The notes under the pieces are model-generated. The model saw only the letters and a program-made list of their open reading frames with translations, did no database searches and had not been told where the DNA came from. 64,000 nucleotides of DNA from an uncultured Pseudobdellovibrionaceae bacterium (GTDB lineage: Bacteria > Pseudomonadota > Alphaproteobacteria > Micavibrionales > Micavibrionaceae), in assembly GCA_964583335.1 (NCBI GenBank), contig CAZOVG010000006.1:43675-107674 (forward strand). Reading direction: 5' to 3'. The position numbers and the translations under genes are program-made. Of this stretch, positions 1 through 8,829 are shown one piece after another. The stretch's first letter is position 1; each line of letters opens with the position of its first letter.

Positions 1-126
1 GCGCTCGGCATTACGGCCTGCCTGCCGCGCACCGAACAGCACCGCTGTCACCGACAATGCCGCCACGCCCCAGCCGATAAGGCGCAGAGCGTTGCCGGAA
101 AGCCAGGCTTTAACAACCGCCCACAT
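1..126 (-). CDS. Small membrane protein, N-terminal 42 codons only (possible spanin/holin-class lysis component); continues beyond window
   Basis: ATG at 126-124 overlaps the TGA of the upstream gene (TGATG). My translation is MWAVVKAWLSGNALRLIGWGVAALSVTAVLFGARQAGRNAER, which contains a hydrophobic helix. It sits in the lysis cassette. Confidence 0.4.
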   Translation of the reverse strand, partial: MWAVVKAWLSGNALRLIGWGVAALSVTAVLFGARQAGRNAER

Positions 127-797
127 CAGCGCAGCCCTTTGCGGTGATCGTCGATCCGCGCCCAGAGCATGACGCCGATGCTAACAAGGGTAACGGCCAG
201 CAGCAGCCATTTGGCGACTTCCAGGTAAGGCGCAAGGCCCACCAGCGCGTCGCGGGCGGGGTCAATGGTTTGCTGGACGGCCTCCACAACGCCCAGGCCC
301 GCGGTGGCCGCCGTGGCAGCCTGTCCGCCCTTTACGGTGCGGCTGGCCTGCAAATTGGCTTTCTCAGGCTCTACGCCCGCCAACACCAGCCCCTTGGTCA
401 ACTCGACGTCGGTATAGGGTTGCTGGCCGTTCTCATGCCGGATGATTGCCTTGGCCAGCGGCAGGAGATGATCGAAACGGTGCATGTCGAGGATCTGGTC
501 GGCATCCTGTCCCGTGTCCGCCGCCACAGCCCTTATATACGCATTCGTGTTGTTTTCGTTCGGGGGTGCCCAGCGAGAAATTATCTGGCGGATGGTGCGT
601 AGGCCATGCTTGTCCTGATACGCAATCAAGGTGCGTGCCAGCGCACGGATGCCGTAAATGGCCGATTTAAACGTGAAGAATTCCACGTCACCTTGGCGCT
701 CCGCCAAACCTTGCCATGGATCGCCATTGCGGCGAAGATTGCCAGGGTTGTTGTTGCGGATGCCACGCGGCGTGCGTTCGGAAGCTGATACCGTCAT
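126..797 (-). CDS. Lysozyme-like phage peptidoglycan hydrolase (P5-like structural/lytic protein family) with C-terminal membrane anchor
   Basis: ORF 126..896 trimmed to the ATG at 797 (MTVSASERTP...). The RGIRNNNPGNLR...PWQG N-terminal signature resembles this family (from memory). The C-terminus has a hydrophobic stretch, WLLLAVTLVSIGVMLWA. Confidence 0.6.
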   Translation of the reverse strand: MTVSASERTPRGIRNNNPGNLRRNGDPWQGLAERQGDVEFFTFKSAIYGIRALARTLIAYQDKHGLRTIRQIISRWAPPNENNTNAYIRAVAADTGQDADQILDMHRFDHLLPLAKAIIRHENGQQPYTDVELTKGLVLAGVEPEKANLQASRTVKGGQAATAATAGLGVVEAVQQTIDPARDALVGLAPYLEVAKWLLLAVTLVSIGVMLWARIDDHRKGLR

Positions 798-813
798 TAT
801 TTTCTCCTGTCTG

Positions 814-1101
814 TCAGCGGTTAAAAAAAGGTTTGATAATCTGTTCGAGCAGCGCGCCCGCGATGGCACCCAGCGCAAGCACAACGGCAAAACCACCTTT
901 CCAGCGGTTGGCCATGCGATCGAGGTCGGCCAGCTTGGTATCCATGCCCTCGACCTTGGTTTTCAGTTCTGTAATGGCCGTGGTCAGGGTCTGGACTTGG
1001 GCTTCCAGCCTGCCGATGGCACGGAAGTATTCCGGTTCCGTCATGGGCGTGTTCTCCTGTTCCCGCCCGTTATGGGCAGGGTTTTGGTTCTGGTTTTTCA
1101 T
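814..1101 (-). CDS. Small coiled-coil protein with C-terminal TM helix (holin/spanin-like lysis accessory)
   Basis: 95 aa with GGAG 7 nt upstream of the ATG. A coiled-coil segment (LEAQVQTLTTAITELKTKVEGMDTKLADLD) is followed by GGFAVVLALGAIAGALL. It lies directly upstream of the hydrolase gene. Confidence 0.5.
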   Translation of the reverse strand: MKNQNQNPAHNGREQENTPMTEPEYFRAIGRLEAQVQTLTTAITELKTKVEGMDTKLADLDRMANRWKGGFAVVLALGAIAGALLEQIIKPFFNR

Positions 1102-1113
1102 GGGTGGCTCCGT

Positions 1114-1941
1114 TTATCCGGCGACGACGATCAGCATGCCGCCTTGTCCTGTGGACGGGGGTGACCCGTTCCGGCGCACAACTTCAACAGCAAGCTGGCT
1201 CAGACGAAGATTGCCGCTTGTAGCGCGACGTACAGTTTCAACAGCAAGCTGGCTAACTTGCAGGCGTGCCTCTGTCGGGCGGCGCAATGTTTCAACTGCG
1301 ACCTGGCTGACGCGCAGAACGGGGTTATCAACCAGCGTGAAGGTATCGGAAAAATCAAAATATCCGACACCGCCATCTGCCGCACCGCCGCTGCTCAGGT
1401 CGGAACCACTGCCGCCATACCAGATCGTTCCCGTACGGCTGGTGGTGACCGTGTTTCGAGAACGGTAACCGATCTCGACAACGATGCGGTCGCCCGTCAG
1501 CGCAGCAACGGCAGTTAAGGTCGCGGCTGCCGACAGAGCCTTGCCCAGCGCCGTCGTTCCCCATTCATTGGTGTCAGGATCGGCATAGTTGGCGAGCAAT
1601 GTGCCGCGCAGATTGTCGGTGTCGCCCTGCGTGACAAAAATGTGAAGGTAATACGCCATATCGGCGGCAGCGTTGGATTCCTGCACGCCCATCATAAGGT
1701 TCAGCGTGCCGGAAAAATTATGATCCGCCGCCAGCGGTGCAGATACGCAGCGCAGAAGCAGAACATCGTAATCGGCTGAGGAGACGGTTTCCGCGCTGCC
1801 GATAGACAACGGCCCTCCCAAACCGGACAAATCCTTGGCACCCATGCCGCAAATGGCATGGCCTGTGGTTTTCTCCCACGCGCCACGGATCGTCGCCGGA
1901 GTGTATGCAACTCCGACGGCGGATGGATAGAGCTTGGTCAT
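1114..1941 (-). CDS. Tail fibre/baseplate-associated protein with three C-terminal 18-aa repeats
   Basis: 275 aa ORF lying between the fibre-like genes and the lysis cassette. The C-terminus carries the repeat SQ[VL]AVE[TV][LV]RR three times. Confidence 0.5.
   Translation of the reverse strand: MTKLYPSAVGVAYTPATIRGAWEKTTGHAICGMGAKDLSGLGGPLSIGSAETVSSADYDVLLLRCVSAPLAADHNFSGTLNLMMGVQESNAAADMAYYLHIFVTQGDTDNLRGTLLANYADPDTNEWGTTALGKALSAAATLTAVAALTGDRIVVEIGYRSRNTVTTSRTGTIWYGGSGSDLSSGGAADGGVGYFDFSDTFTLVDNPVLRVSQVAVETLRRPTEARLQVSQLAVETVRRATSGNLRLSQLAVEVVRRNGSPPSTGQGGMLIVVAG
1170..1335 (-). repeat. 3 x 54-bp in-frame tandem repeat inside CDS 1114..1941
   Basis: ttcaac[at]gc[ag]a[gc]ctggct recurs at 1183, 1237 and 1291, an exact period of 54 nt (18 aa). 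Confidence 0.85.
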
Positions 1942-1943
1942 TA

Positions 1944-2969
1944 TTATGCCTGTACCTTGTAGCCGAATTCAGCCGTGTTGATTTCGCTTTCCGTCCATGC
2001 GGTGGTGGTATCGGGGTTTTTCTCGATGATCTGGCGATAAACCCGATAATCGGTGCCGACGTTCTGGGAATCGCCCTCGTAATCGTTGCCGGATACCCGC
2101 GTCAGGGAACGGAGCGTGCGCCCACCCGCATCGTCCTTGCGCGCGGCCATGTTGACCTGGACACCGAAGATGGTTCCCGTGATCGCCGGAAGATTCCCGC
2201 AATCGAGCGTGTCACGCTGTCCAACCGTGTTGCTGTGGTTGTAGGTGGAATCGCTATCCAGCGTCGTGTCGTCAAGGTTGTCCCAGTTGCTGGCGCTTCC
2301 AACTTTGCTGAATTCTGAATAGTTTCCAGCACCGATGGGTCGCACCGTATCAACGCGCACATCACCGAGGAAGGTGTTGTTGGCGCTGCCTGTGCTATCG
2401 CAGACATACAGATCGTCGATGGCGTTGTCAGAGCCGCGGCCCCAGACCTGGATGCGGGCAACGGTCGAGAGCGTGGAGGATTGCTTGGTATCACCCGTGA
2501 AGTTGATCCAGGTGCTTTCGTTGACGCGCACCTCCCAATTCCCGCCGCTATCCGCGACCGTGAGCTTCACCTCGATATAGTTCCAGGTCAGGATCGGCAG
2601 CGCGTTGGTAGATGTCGCCAGCAAGGTGCCGCTTGTCACGGAGTTGCGGTAAACACGGATCGTGCCATCGTTTCCGATGGAAAGCGCGCCTTGGATGGTG
2701 CCAGCTTCATCGGTAAAACGCAGCAGTTCTGTCGTTTCCGTGGAGAGCAAATAAAGGCCAAAACCGATGATCCACGTCGATTGCGGATCAAAGGTCAGGC
2801 CGATGAAATCAGCCGAGGTACGGAACAGTAAAGCCGTGCTGCCGGAGCGGCGACCCGTTGTGGTCGTGATGCCGCTCGACCCGCCGCTGTCATTATAAGA
2901 GGTATATTTAAGCGGGAGCTGGCTGGGGATCGCATAATGATCAAAGCCGTCGATGAAGCGCAATGCCAT
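1944..2969 (-). CDS. Phage tail/fibre-associated protein, unknown function
   Basis: 341 aa ORF tightly packed between fibre-like genes. Composition is beta-rich and Thr/Ser/Gly-rich. I recognise no motif. Confidence 0.5.
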   Translation of the reverse strand: MALRFIDGFDHYAIPSQLPLKYTSYNDSGGSSGITTTTGRRSGSTALLFRTSADFIGLTFDPQSTWIIGFGLYLLSTETTELLRFTDEAGTIQGALSIGNDGTIRVYRNSVTSGTLLATSTNALPILTWNYIEVKLTVADSGGNWEVRVNESTWINFTGDTKQSSTLSTVARIQVWGRGSDNAIDDLYVCDSTGSANNTFLGDVRVDTVRPIGAGNYSEFSKVGSASNWDNLDDTTLDSDSTYNHSNTVGQRDTLDCGNLPAITGTIFGVQVNMAARKDDAGGRTLRSLTRVSGNDYEGDSQNVGTDYRVYRQIIEKNPDTTTAWTESEINTAEFGYKVQA

Positions 2970-2980
2970 GTGTTTTCTCC

Positions 2981-3712
2981 TTAAAGTCGAATGCCTGCCA
3001 GCGCGAAACCGATATCGGCCAGCGTGCTGTCTGCTGGGCTGGGCGCGATGATGGTCAGTACGTCGCCTGCTGCAAAATCTGTGAGCGTGGCCGCCGTGAA
3101 TGTCGGCGTGCTGACACCCGCCGCGAATTGCATCGTGGCGAATTGCGTACCGTTCTTGCGAATTGAAAACGTCGCCGTCGCGCCAGATGCCGTTCCGGCC
3201 ACACCACGGCTGTTGGCCATGCCTGCCGGAAAACGCACCGCGCGCGGTATGGGATAGCGCAACACGACCGCGCCGCCCGTAGGAATGCCCGCCAGCGTCC
3301 CGCCAATATCATAAGGGATGGTTGCTCCCACGGAGGTTTCGGCCACGATCTGAAAGGTCGTGCCATCACAATAAAGCAGCTTTCGTTCGCCAACCCCTAC
3401 GGAAATGGGCGTGCCGGACGGTGTTTTCACCGAAAGCGTGAAGCCGCCCGTGGTGGCGTTTTCCACCATCAGCAGTTTTGTTTTAGCCGGAATGGTGATC
3501 GTCCGACCCACCGTCAACGTACCTGTGAATCTCATCGACAACGTGCCGAGCATTTGCGCATCGGTGAGCGTGGTGTCCACATCGGCGATGGCAATGCTGG
3601 CAAGCTGACATAGCGCCTTGTCCAGCGCGTCGAAGGCGGCATTGGCCGTAACTTCTTTCTGTGCTTGGTTTGCGGCGATATGGTCGATCAATAAGTTGGG
3701 TGTTGTTGGCAT
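2981..3712 (-). CDS. DUF2793-like phage tail fibre protein
   Basis: The N-terminus MPTTPNLLIDHIAANQAQKEVTANAAFDALD matches the conserved start of DUF2793 proteins that follow GTA g15-type genes (from memory). Confidence 0.6.
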   Translation of the reverse strand: MPTTPNLLIDHIAANQAQKEVTANAAFDALDKALCQLASIAIADVDTTLTDAQMLGTLSMRFTGTLTVGRTITIPAKTKLLMVENATTGGFTLSVKTPSGTPISVGVGERKLLYCDGTTFQIVAETSVGATIPYDIGGTLAGIPTGGAVVLRYPIPRAVRFPAGMANSRGVAGTASGATATFSIRKNGTQFATMQFAAGVSTPTFTAATLTDFAAGDVLTIIAPSPADSTLADIGFALAGIRL

Positions 3713-3723
3713 GGTTTTTTCCC

Positions 3724-6700
3724 TTAGAGAGTGACTTGCGCAGCCTGACCACGCCCGACTACGGCGTTGAGCTGGTAAACAGCGATGGTGACGGCGCTTT
3801 GGGCAACGCCGAAATCAGTCACCTGATCGGCGGCGCTATAAACAAGGCTTGGCGTCATGGCCGTGATCGTGCGCTTCACCGTGGTGCCGGACAGGATGTC
3901 GATGGCGTAGTTTTCGTTGGCTTCGAAAAGCGGAACGTCGGTTCCGTCCTGCCATTCGCCATACCAGCGTGTGCGCCGTTTCCAGGTCACGGTCAGGTTA
4001 CCGCTGCCATCGCGCGCGCCTTTGACTTGGACAGGTGAAAAGCAGCGCAGGCTATTGGCATTGAATATGAAAGGCGTGGACGGCGCGTCATCCCAATTTC
4101 CACCATCCGGAATACCCTTGTAATAGGATGTCCGGCTGATCTCGGTCATCGGCAATGGCGCGCGATAGACGCCGTCATTCACCAGCAACAGAAAACGCTC
4201 TCCCATTGTGTGGGAGGCCATGGCCCATTCCGTGCCGCGCCGACCGCGCAGCAGGCCGGACAGCTCGTAAAGGCCGCTGGCCAGTACCGTGGCATTGCGC
4301 CATTGAATAACCTCGTTGCCCAGCAACGCCACGTTCGCCCAATTCAAGACCTCCAGCGCCGTCTTGCTGTCGAGCGTTCCTTGCGTCAGCGCAATCTGCA
4401 CCTTGCTGGTTTCGTCCCATGTCCACGGGCTTTCGACATTGGGCAGAACGGTGGCCGCCCAGCCGAAGGTGGGGCCATCATTGCCCGTGCCGAGAACCTC
4501 CCAGGACAATTCGTCCGGAGAGCGATACATCGATGCGCCCGTAACAGTGTTGTCGCGGAAGCCGAAAGCGTAATACATGCCGAGCGTGTCATCCTCATAG
4601 CGTAGCATGGGCAAATCCATGAGGAATAACGGCGTCGGCCCCGCCAGGCCAATCGGCACGGAAGGAAGTCCGCCACCGGAACCCGTGGAATTTGAGATAT
4701 AAACGATCTCGTCTTCCGCCACAGCTTCGCAGGACACGACGTTGTTGCCGCCAAAATCCACTTTGTTCAGGCGAAGTTTCAGCGACACATCGTCGATATT
4801 GACGGTCACAACATCGGCAGGATCAAGCCGCAGCCATTTTGGCAGCACGCTGAACTTATACTGATTGCGTTCCACCCAGGCATTGTAAAGCGTGCGCTCG
4901 GCGATCTGTTTGGCTTCGTCCGGCGTGAGCGAGATCGAGATTTCCCTGGTCTGCTTTTCCCGCGTGATAATGGCGTCGTTGATGCGGGAAGCATGTTGCG
5001 TGTTCGGCTGGTGATCGCGCGTTGGATCGACATGCACAATGTCGAGGCGCTGCGGCAATTCCACATCCTGCACACGGGTTTCCGAAAGTCGGGTTGGTTC
5101 ATCCGACCCGCTGTCATCGGCCCCCAAATCGTCTTTGCCAATGGTGGCCACGGACGCGCCGCCACGCGGTACAAAACGCAGGATGCCGTCTGTTTCCACG
5201 GCATCGATAAAGAACGACCCCAGAAGCGGCTCCAAAGCCTCCCGTGCGGCCATGCGGCGGCTCACGACATACCCACGCAGGGACTGACTGACGGCGCTGG
5301 AAATGACGCTCGTGGGGGCCATGCCAGCCTTGAGGCAGATATCCGTTAAAACGCCGGACAAGGTGACGGAGTTATTCCCATAACGCTCCAAGGGGTATTT
5401 GAATTCGCCGTCATAGGTCATGATGATGGCGGAATGCGTGAATTTTTCGTATGTCCCGCCGAGATGGGCGGGAAATGTGGTGGCAAAATCGGTCAAATCA
5501 ATCCGGCGTTCGACTTTCATCGTGACGAGATTGACCAGCGTTACGTCGTAATCAGCCGCCGCCCAATATTTCCCGTTGATCGGATAATTGAAGTCAGACT
5601 GGATTCCCCATCCAGCGGGGATGGCGACATCATCGCAATGCCCAGCATAGCCGCTGTCCGGATGCCATTTAACAATTCTTCCGCCCAGACCCAGCGTGAA
5701 ATAAATATGGCCCGTAAAATCATCCCACCACACGGTGCGCGGCAACTCGCCATCCGTCCAGGCGGTGCTGCTCCATTCGGTCAGCTCACCCGTGCCAAAA
5801 CCATTCGGCACGAATTTTCGCACGTAGCCGCCCGTGACTTGCCAGTAACGACCATACGGATCATCGCACATCGGCCCGCCGAACATGACAGAGGGAAAGT
5901 AATCCGACAGGTCAATGATCAGCTTGAGGTTCGTATCGTAAATCTCGCGCGTACCGTAGCAGAAGATTTTATCACGTCGCACGCAGCCATTGACGCTGAA
6001 GCTGATCTTCGGACTGCTGATCGCCACGATGCCCAGCGTTTCTGGGTGGCGCTTCACAAGACGCATAGTCACGCCGTAAGCATCCGTCGCGTGGTAATAA
6101 TAACCCTGGCTGTCGATGCCGCAGACATCGCCGTAAACTTCGTCCGAGTCCGGATAAATAGGAATCCAGTTGGGGTCGGCAAGGCTGCGCTGCAATACAA
6201 ACCGATTGCTCACGCAATCGTATTTCCAAACGTGATCCGAACCCGTTCCGATCATTGTGCCGCGCGATTGATCGAGAATACCACCTTCCTTGGTCATCGT
6301 CGTTGCAGGCGGGAACATATAAATATCGCTTTGCATTGCGCCTTGAGCGACGACTTCCGCGCTGATATTCGGAATGCGGTTAGCAAAATCCTTGAGTTGT
6401 AGATCGTCGAATACCAGGTAGCACATGCCCCGAAACGCAGGCACATTACCAGCGCCGAGGTGCATTTCTAATGTTGCATCCGGTTCCTCATCTTCGCCGC
6501 CGCGATGAATGCGCACGACGCCTGGATATTTTTCCGTGGACTGCGTGTTACTGGCGGTCGCATCGTAAATGACCTTCGTGTCCGCCCAGATACGGCGCAC
6601 GGTTGCCACAGGGCCGACGCACAGGCCAACTGCAAAGGATGCGGAATAGCTATAGGTGGTTTGCGATGACTTCTTGCCACCGCCTTTACCGCCGCTGGAA

Positions 6701-6969
6701 CGGGTGACGGTGCGGGTTTCCTTGAGCGGCGTTGACCAGATCACGTTACCAGACAGGCGCATTGTGCCGTACACAAGCGGGATCGGCGCGCCGTAGGTCG
6801 AGGTTTGCACCGACAAATCATCGATGCGCGGGCCTTCGATATTCTGGCCTTTGCCACCGCCGAACAGCAGATTTCCGAGCAGCACACCACCCAGCCATCC
6901 TGCGGACGCACCAATCCCAATGGCGGAACCCAGCGCGGATCCGACCACACCTAAAGCGAGAACAGCCAT
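3724..6969 (-). CDS. Host-specificity/central tail fibre protein (GTA g15-like, gpJ-class)
   Basis: 1081 aa. The N-terminus has a Gly-rich hydrophobic segment followed by GPRIDDLSVQTSTYGAPIPLVYGTMRLSGNVIW, typical of g15/phage-tail_3 proteins. It follows the NlpC/P60 gene, as in GTA clusters. Confidence 0.8.
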   Translation of the reverse strand: MAVLALGVVGSALGSAIGIGASAGWLGGVLLGNLLFGGGKGQNIEGPRIDDLSVQTSTYGAPIPLVYGTMRLSGNVIWSTPLKETRTVTRSSGGKGGGKKSSQTTYSYSASFAVGLCVGPVATVRRIWADTKVIYDATASNTQSTEKYPGVVRIHRGGEDEEPDATLEMHLGAGNVPAFRGMCYLVFDDLQLKDFANRIPNISAEVVAQGAMQSDIYMFPPATTMTKEGGILDQSRGTMIGTGSDHVWKYDCVSNRFVLQRSLADPNWIPIYPDSDEVYGDVCGIDSQGYYYHATDAYGVTMRLVKRHPETLGIVAISSPKISFSVNGCVRRDKIFCYGTREIYDTNLKLIIDLSDYFPSVMFGGPMCDDPYGRYWQVTGGYVRKFVPNGFGTGELTEWSSTAWTDGELPRTVWWDDFTGHIYFTLGLGGRIVKWHPDSGYAGHCDDVAIPAGWGIQSDFNYPINGKYWAAADYDVTLVNLVTMKVERRIDLTDFATTFPAHLGGTYEKFTHSAIIMTYDGEFKYPLERYGNNSVTLSGVLTDICLKAGMAPTSVISSAVSQSLRGYVVSRRMAAREALEPLLGSFFIDAVETDGILRFVPRGGASVATIGKDDLGADDSGSDEPTRLSETRVQDVELPQRLDIVHVDPTRDHQPNTQHASRINDAIITREKQTREISISLTPDEAKQIAERTLYNAWVERNQYKFSVLPKWLRLDPADVVTVNIDDVSLKLRLNKVDFGGNNVVSCEAVAEDEIVYISNSTGSGGGLPSVPIGLAGPTPLFLMDLPMLRYEDDTLGMYYAFGFRDNTVTGASMYRSPDELSWEVLGTGNDGPTFGWAATVLPNVESPWTWDETSKVQIALTQGTLDSKTALEVLNWANVALLGNEVIQWRNATVLASGLYELSGLLRGRRGTEWAMASHTMGERFLLLVNDGVYRAPLPMTEISRTSYYKGIPDGGNWDDAPSTPFIFNANSLRCFSPVQVKGARDGSGNLTVTWKRRTRWYGEWQDGTDVPLFEANENYAIDILSGTTVKRTITAMTPSLVYSAADQVTDFGVAQSAVTIAVYQLNAVVGRGQAAQVTL

Positions 6970-7418
6970 TACATACCTTTGAAATACGGAAAGCGATAAG
7001 CCGCCGAGATGCGTTGCTGCCAGCGTTCGTCAAGCCCATGCTCGACGACTTTGCCGACACCGGAATAGCTATGGATGATTCCGTGATCGGTGATTAAAGC
7101 GACGTGCTGCGGCTCACGGCCCCAGGCCATAAAATAGAAATCAGCAATCTGGGCTTCCTCCACCGGAATGGGGATAAACCAGCGGCTCAAGGCTTCGCGC
7201 ATACGGCGGCTGTCCGGCATCATCGAATAATTGGCGTAAGACAGAGCCTCTGGTGAATTCGGGTCATAGTCCATCAGCTTATGCTGCATTCCAATGGCTT
7301 TGATCAGGCCGATGCAATCGCAAGCGACACCTTTGAGGTGGCCTTGGTGCTTGAAAGGCGTGTCAATCCATTCGCGTGCTTCGCGCACGATGTCCATGCG
7401 GGTGAGTTTATTTGCCAT
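6969..7418 (-). CDS. NlpC/P60 family tail-associated cell-wall peptidase (GTA g14-like)
   Basis: ORF trimmed to the ATG at 7418 (MANKLTRMDIVREAREWIDTPFKHQG...). It has the catalytic Cys context GVACDCIGL and the downstream His context QHVALI. It overlaps both neighbours. Confidence 0.8.
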   Translation of the reverse strand: MANKLTRMDIVREAREWIDTPFKHQGHLKGVACDCIGLIKAIGMQHKLMDYDPNSPEALSYANYSMMPDSRRMREALSRWFIPIPVEEAQIADFYFMAWGREPQHVALITDHGIIHSYSGVGKVVEHGLDERWQQRISAAYRFPYFKGM

Positions 7419-8253
7419 CGGGATAAGCCAGAACCTGATCGTTGCCAGGGACATTCGGTTCGCCCCTGAAGTTTTTGACGTTGTTGTACCTGTCTTTACA
7501 GGTCGAGAATTTCTTATCGCAGCCTGGGCGCAGGCTGTAATTATCGCCGACCGCCACGATGCTGGGCATGGGTAGGAACAGCGTGAACGCGCCGCCGCTG
7601 GCAAAGGCTTTGACTTCCATTTTGCGGCCTACGTTTGCACCGCTCGTCCACGTCAGCAGGCCGCCGTTCCAGTAATTTATGGACTCACCGCGCGCGGAAT
7701 CGGCAAAACTGCGCCTATCGGTGACGGCGGTGATCGCTCCGGTGACGGTGAGTGCGGCCAGGTTTACCTTGCAGCGGGTGTCGCCCAGATCGGCGCGGCA
7801 ATCCGGCGTGTAAAGCTCGACGATTTGCTGCGAAAGTGCCTGTGACAAGCCGCGCAGCTCGGCGCGGAAGGTCGTATCCTTCAATTCCACTTCGCCGATG
7901 GTGCCGCGCTTCAGAATAACCTTACCGTTAGCAAGGTTACTCCAATTGACGAGGAAAATCTCCACCGTTGCGCCGTCCCATACGCCCGCACGCAGATCAG
8001 CGGCGCTTAAAGTTTCGCTATCGATGGCGCTTTCAATATCGAGGTTATCGACCGCCAGGTTGGCGATGGTATGAATGGCCGAGCGCGTGTAGCCGGAGCG
8101 TGCTTGGTAAACCAGACTGTCTACCGTCAAATCTTTGTCGAAGTCGGTAAAGCCGAAGATGGAACCGTCGCGGCGTGTGACCTTCCAGCAAGTCGCAAGC
8201 GTCGTTGTTTCGCCACCGATATGGGTGGCAAGGGGTGAACCAGCAGTTTTCAT
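7408..8253 (-). CDS. DUF2163/BR0599-family tail hub protein (GTA g13-like)
   Basis: The start MKTAGSPLATHIGGETTTLATCWKVTRRDG and the C-terminal CDKKFSTCKDRYNNVKNFRGEPNVPG (BR0599 motif) are both characteristic. Confidence 0.8.
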   Translation of the reverse strand: MKTAGSPLATHIGGETTTLATCWKVTRRDGSIFGFTDFDKDLTVDSLVYQARSGYTRSAIHTIANLAVDNLDIESAIDSETLSAADLRAGVWDGATVEIFLVNWSNLANGKVILKRGTIGEVELKDTTFRAELRGLSQALSQQIVELYTPDCRADLGDTRCKVNLAALTVTGAITAVTDRRSFADSARGESINYWNGGLLTWTSGANVGRKMEVKAFASGGAFTLFLPMPSIVAVGDNYSLRPGCDKKFSTCKDRYNNVKNFRGEPNVPGNDQVLAYPDGK

Positions 8254-8261
8254 GTGTTTCT

Positions 8262-8828
8262 CTATTTCGTTCGGTGACGGTAATTCCAGGGCTTCTCAAA
8301 GGAGCCAGCCCAGATGCCGCGTTTTGCGGCTTTGGCATTCATTTCGTCGGCAACATAGCGATCTGAATAATGGCGATACGCCAAGGCATGGCCATTGGCG
8401 ACCATCCAGCGATTTATCTCAATCTTGCCCGCATAGCAGATGGCGACGATCCGGTGGTAAGCATCCATGTCCTGTTTTTCACAGGTCACAGTTTTTCGCT
8501 CGATCATGTCGGCCAGCGCAAAAGCAGCTTCTTTGCCGCAGCGATAGTTTTCGCCATTGCGTTTGCAAAGTTGCTGACCTTCCGGTGCATCGATGCCGAA
8601 CAGCCGGAAATGCTGTCCTTGAATTTCGAGCGTATCGCCATCGATCACCGATGCCGTTCCGACATAAGGATCGGCCAGAACAGGAAGTTTTTCCAGACCC
8701 AGAAAAATCAAGACAAGCGCCATGATAATTGTAGCGGGCTTCTTTAAGCGCCCGCGCCAGAAAAACAATCTTTTAATATCGACCCTTGGCATGGAAAATT
8801 CGAGGTAAGGAATTGCGTACAGTTCCAT
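8262..8828 (-). CDS. Secreted/membrane-anchored thermonuclease (staphylococcal nuclease family)
   Basis: SNase motifs are present: VIDGDTLEI and FRLFGIDAPE. The N-terminal hydrophobic segment is PATIIMALVLIFLGL. The ATG at 8828 lies 1 nt after the g12-like stop; an alternative ATG is at 8792. Confidence 0.8.
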   Translation of the reverse strand: MELYAIPYLEFSMPRVDIKRLFFWRGRLKKPATIIMALVLIFLGLEKLPVLADPYVGTASVIDGDTLEIQGQHFRLFGIDAPEGQQLCKRNGENYRCGKEAAFALADMIERKTVTCEKQDMDAYHRIVAICYAGKIEINRWMVANGHALAYRHYSDRYVADEMNAKAAKRGIWAGSFEKPWNYRHRTK

Positions 8829-8829
8829 C

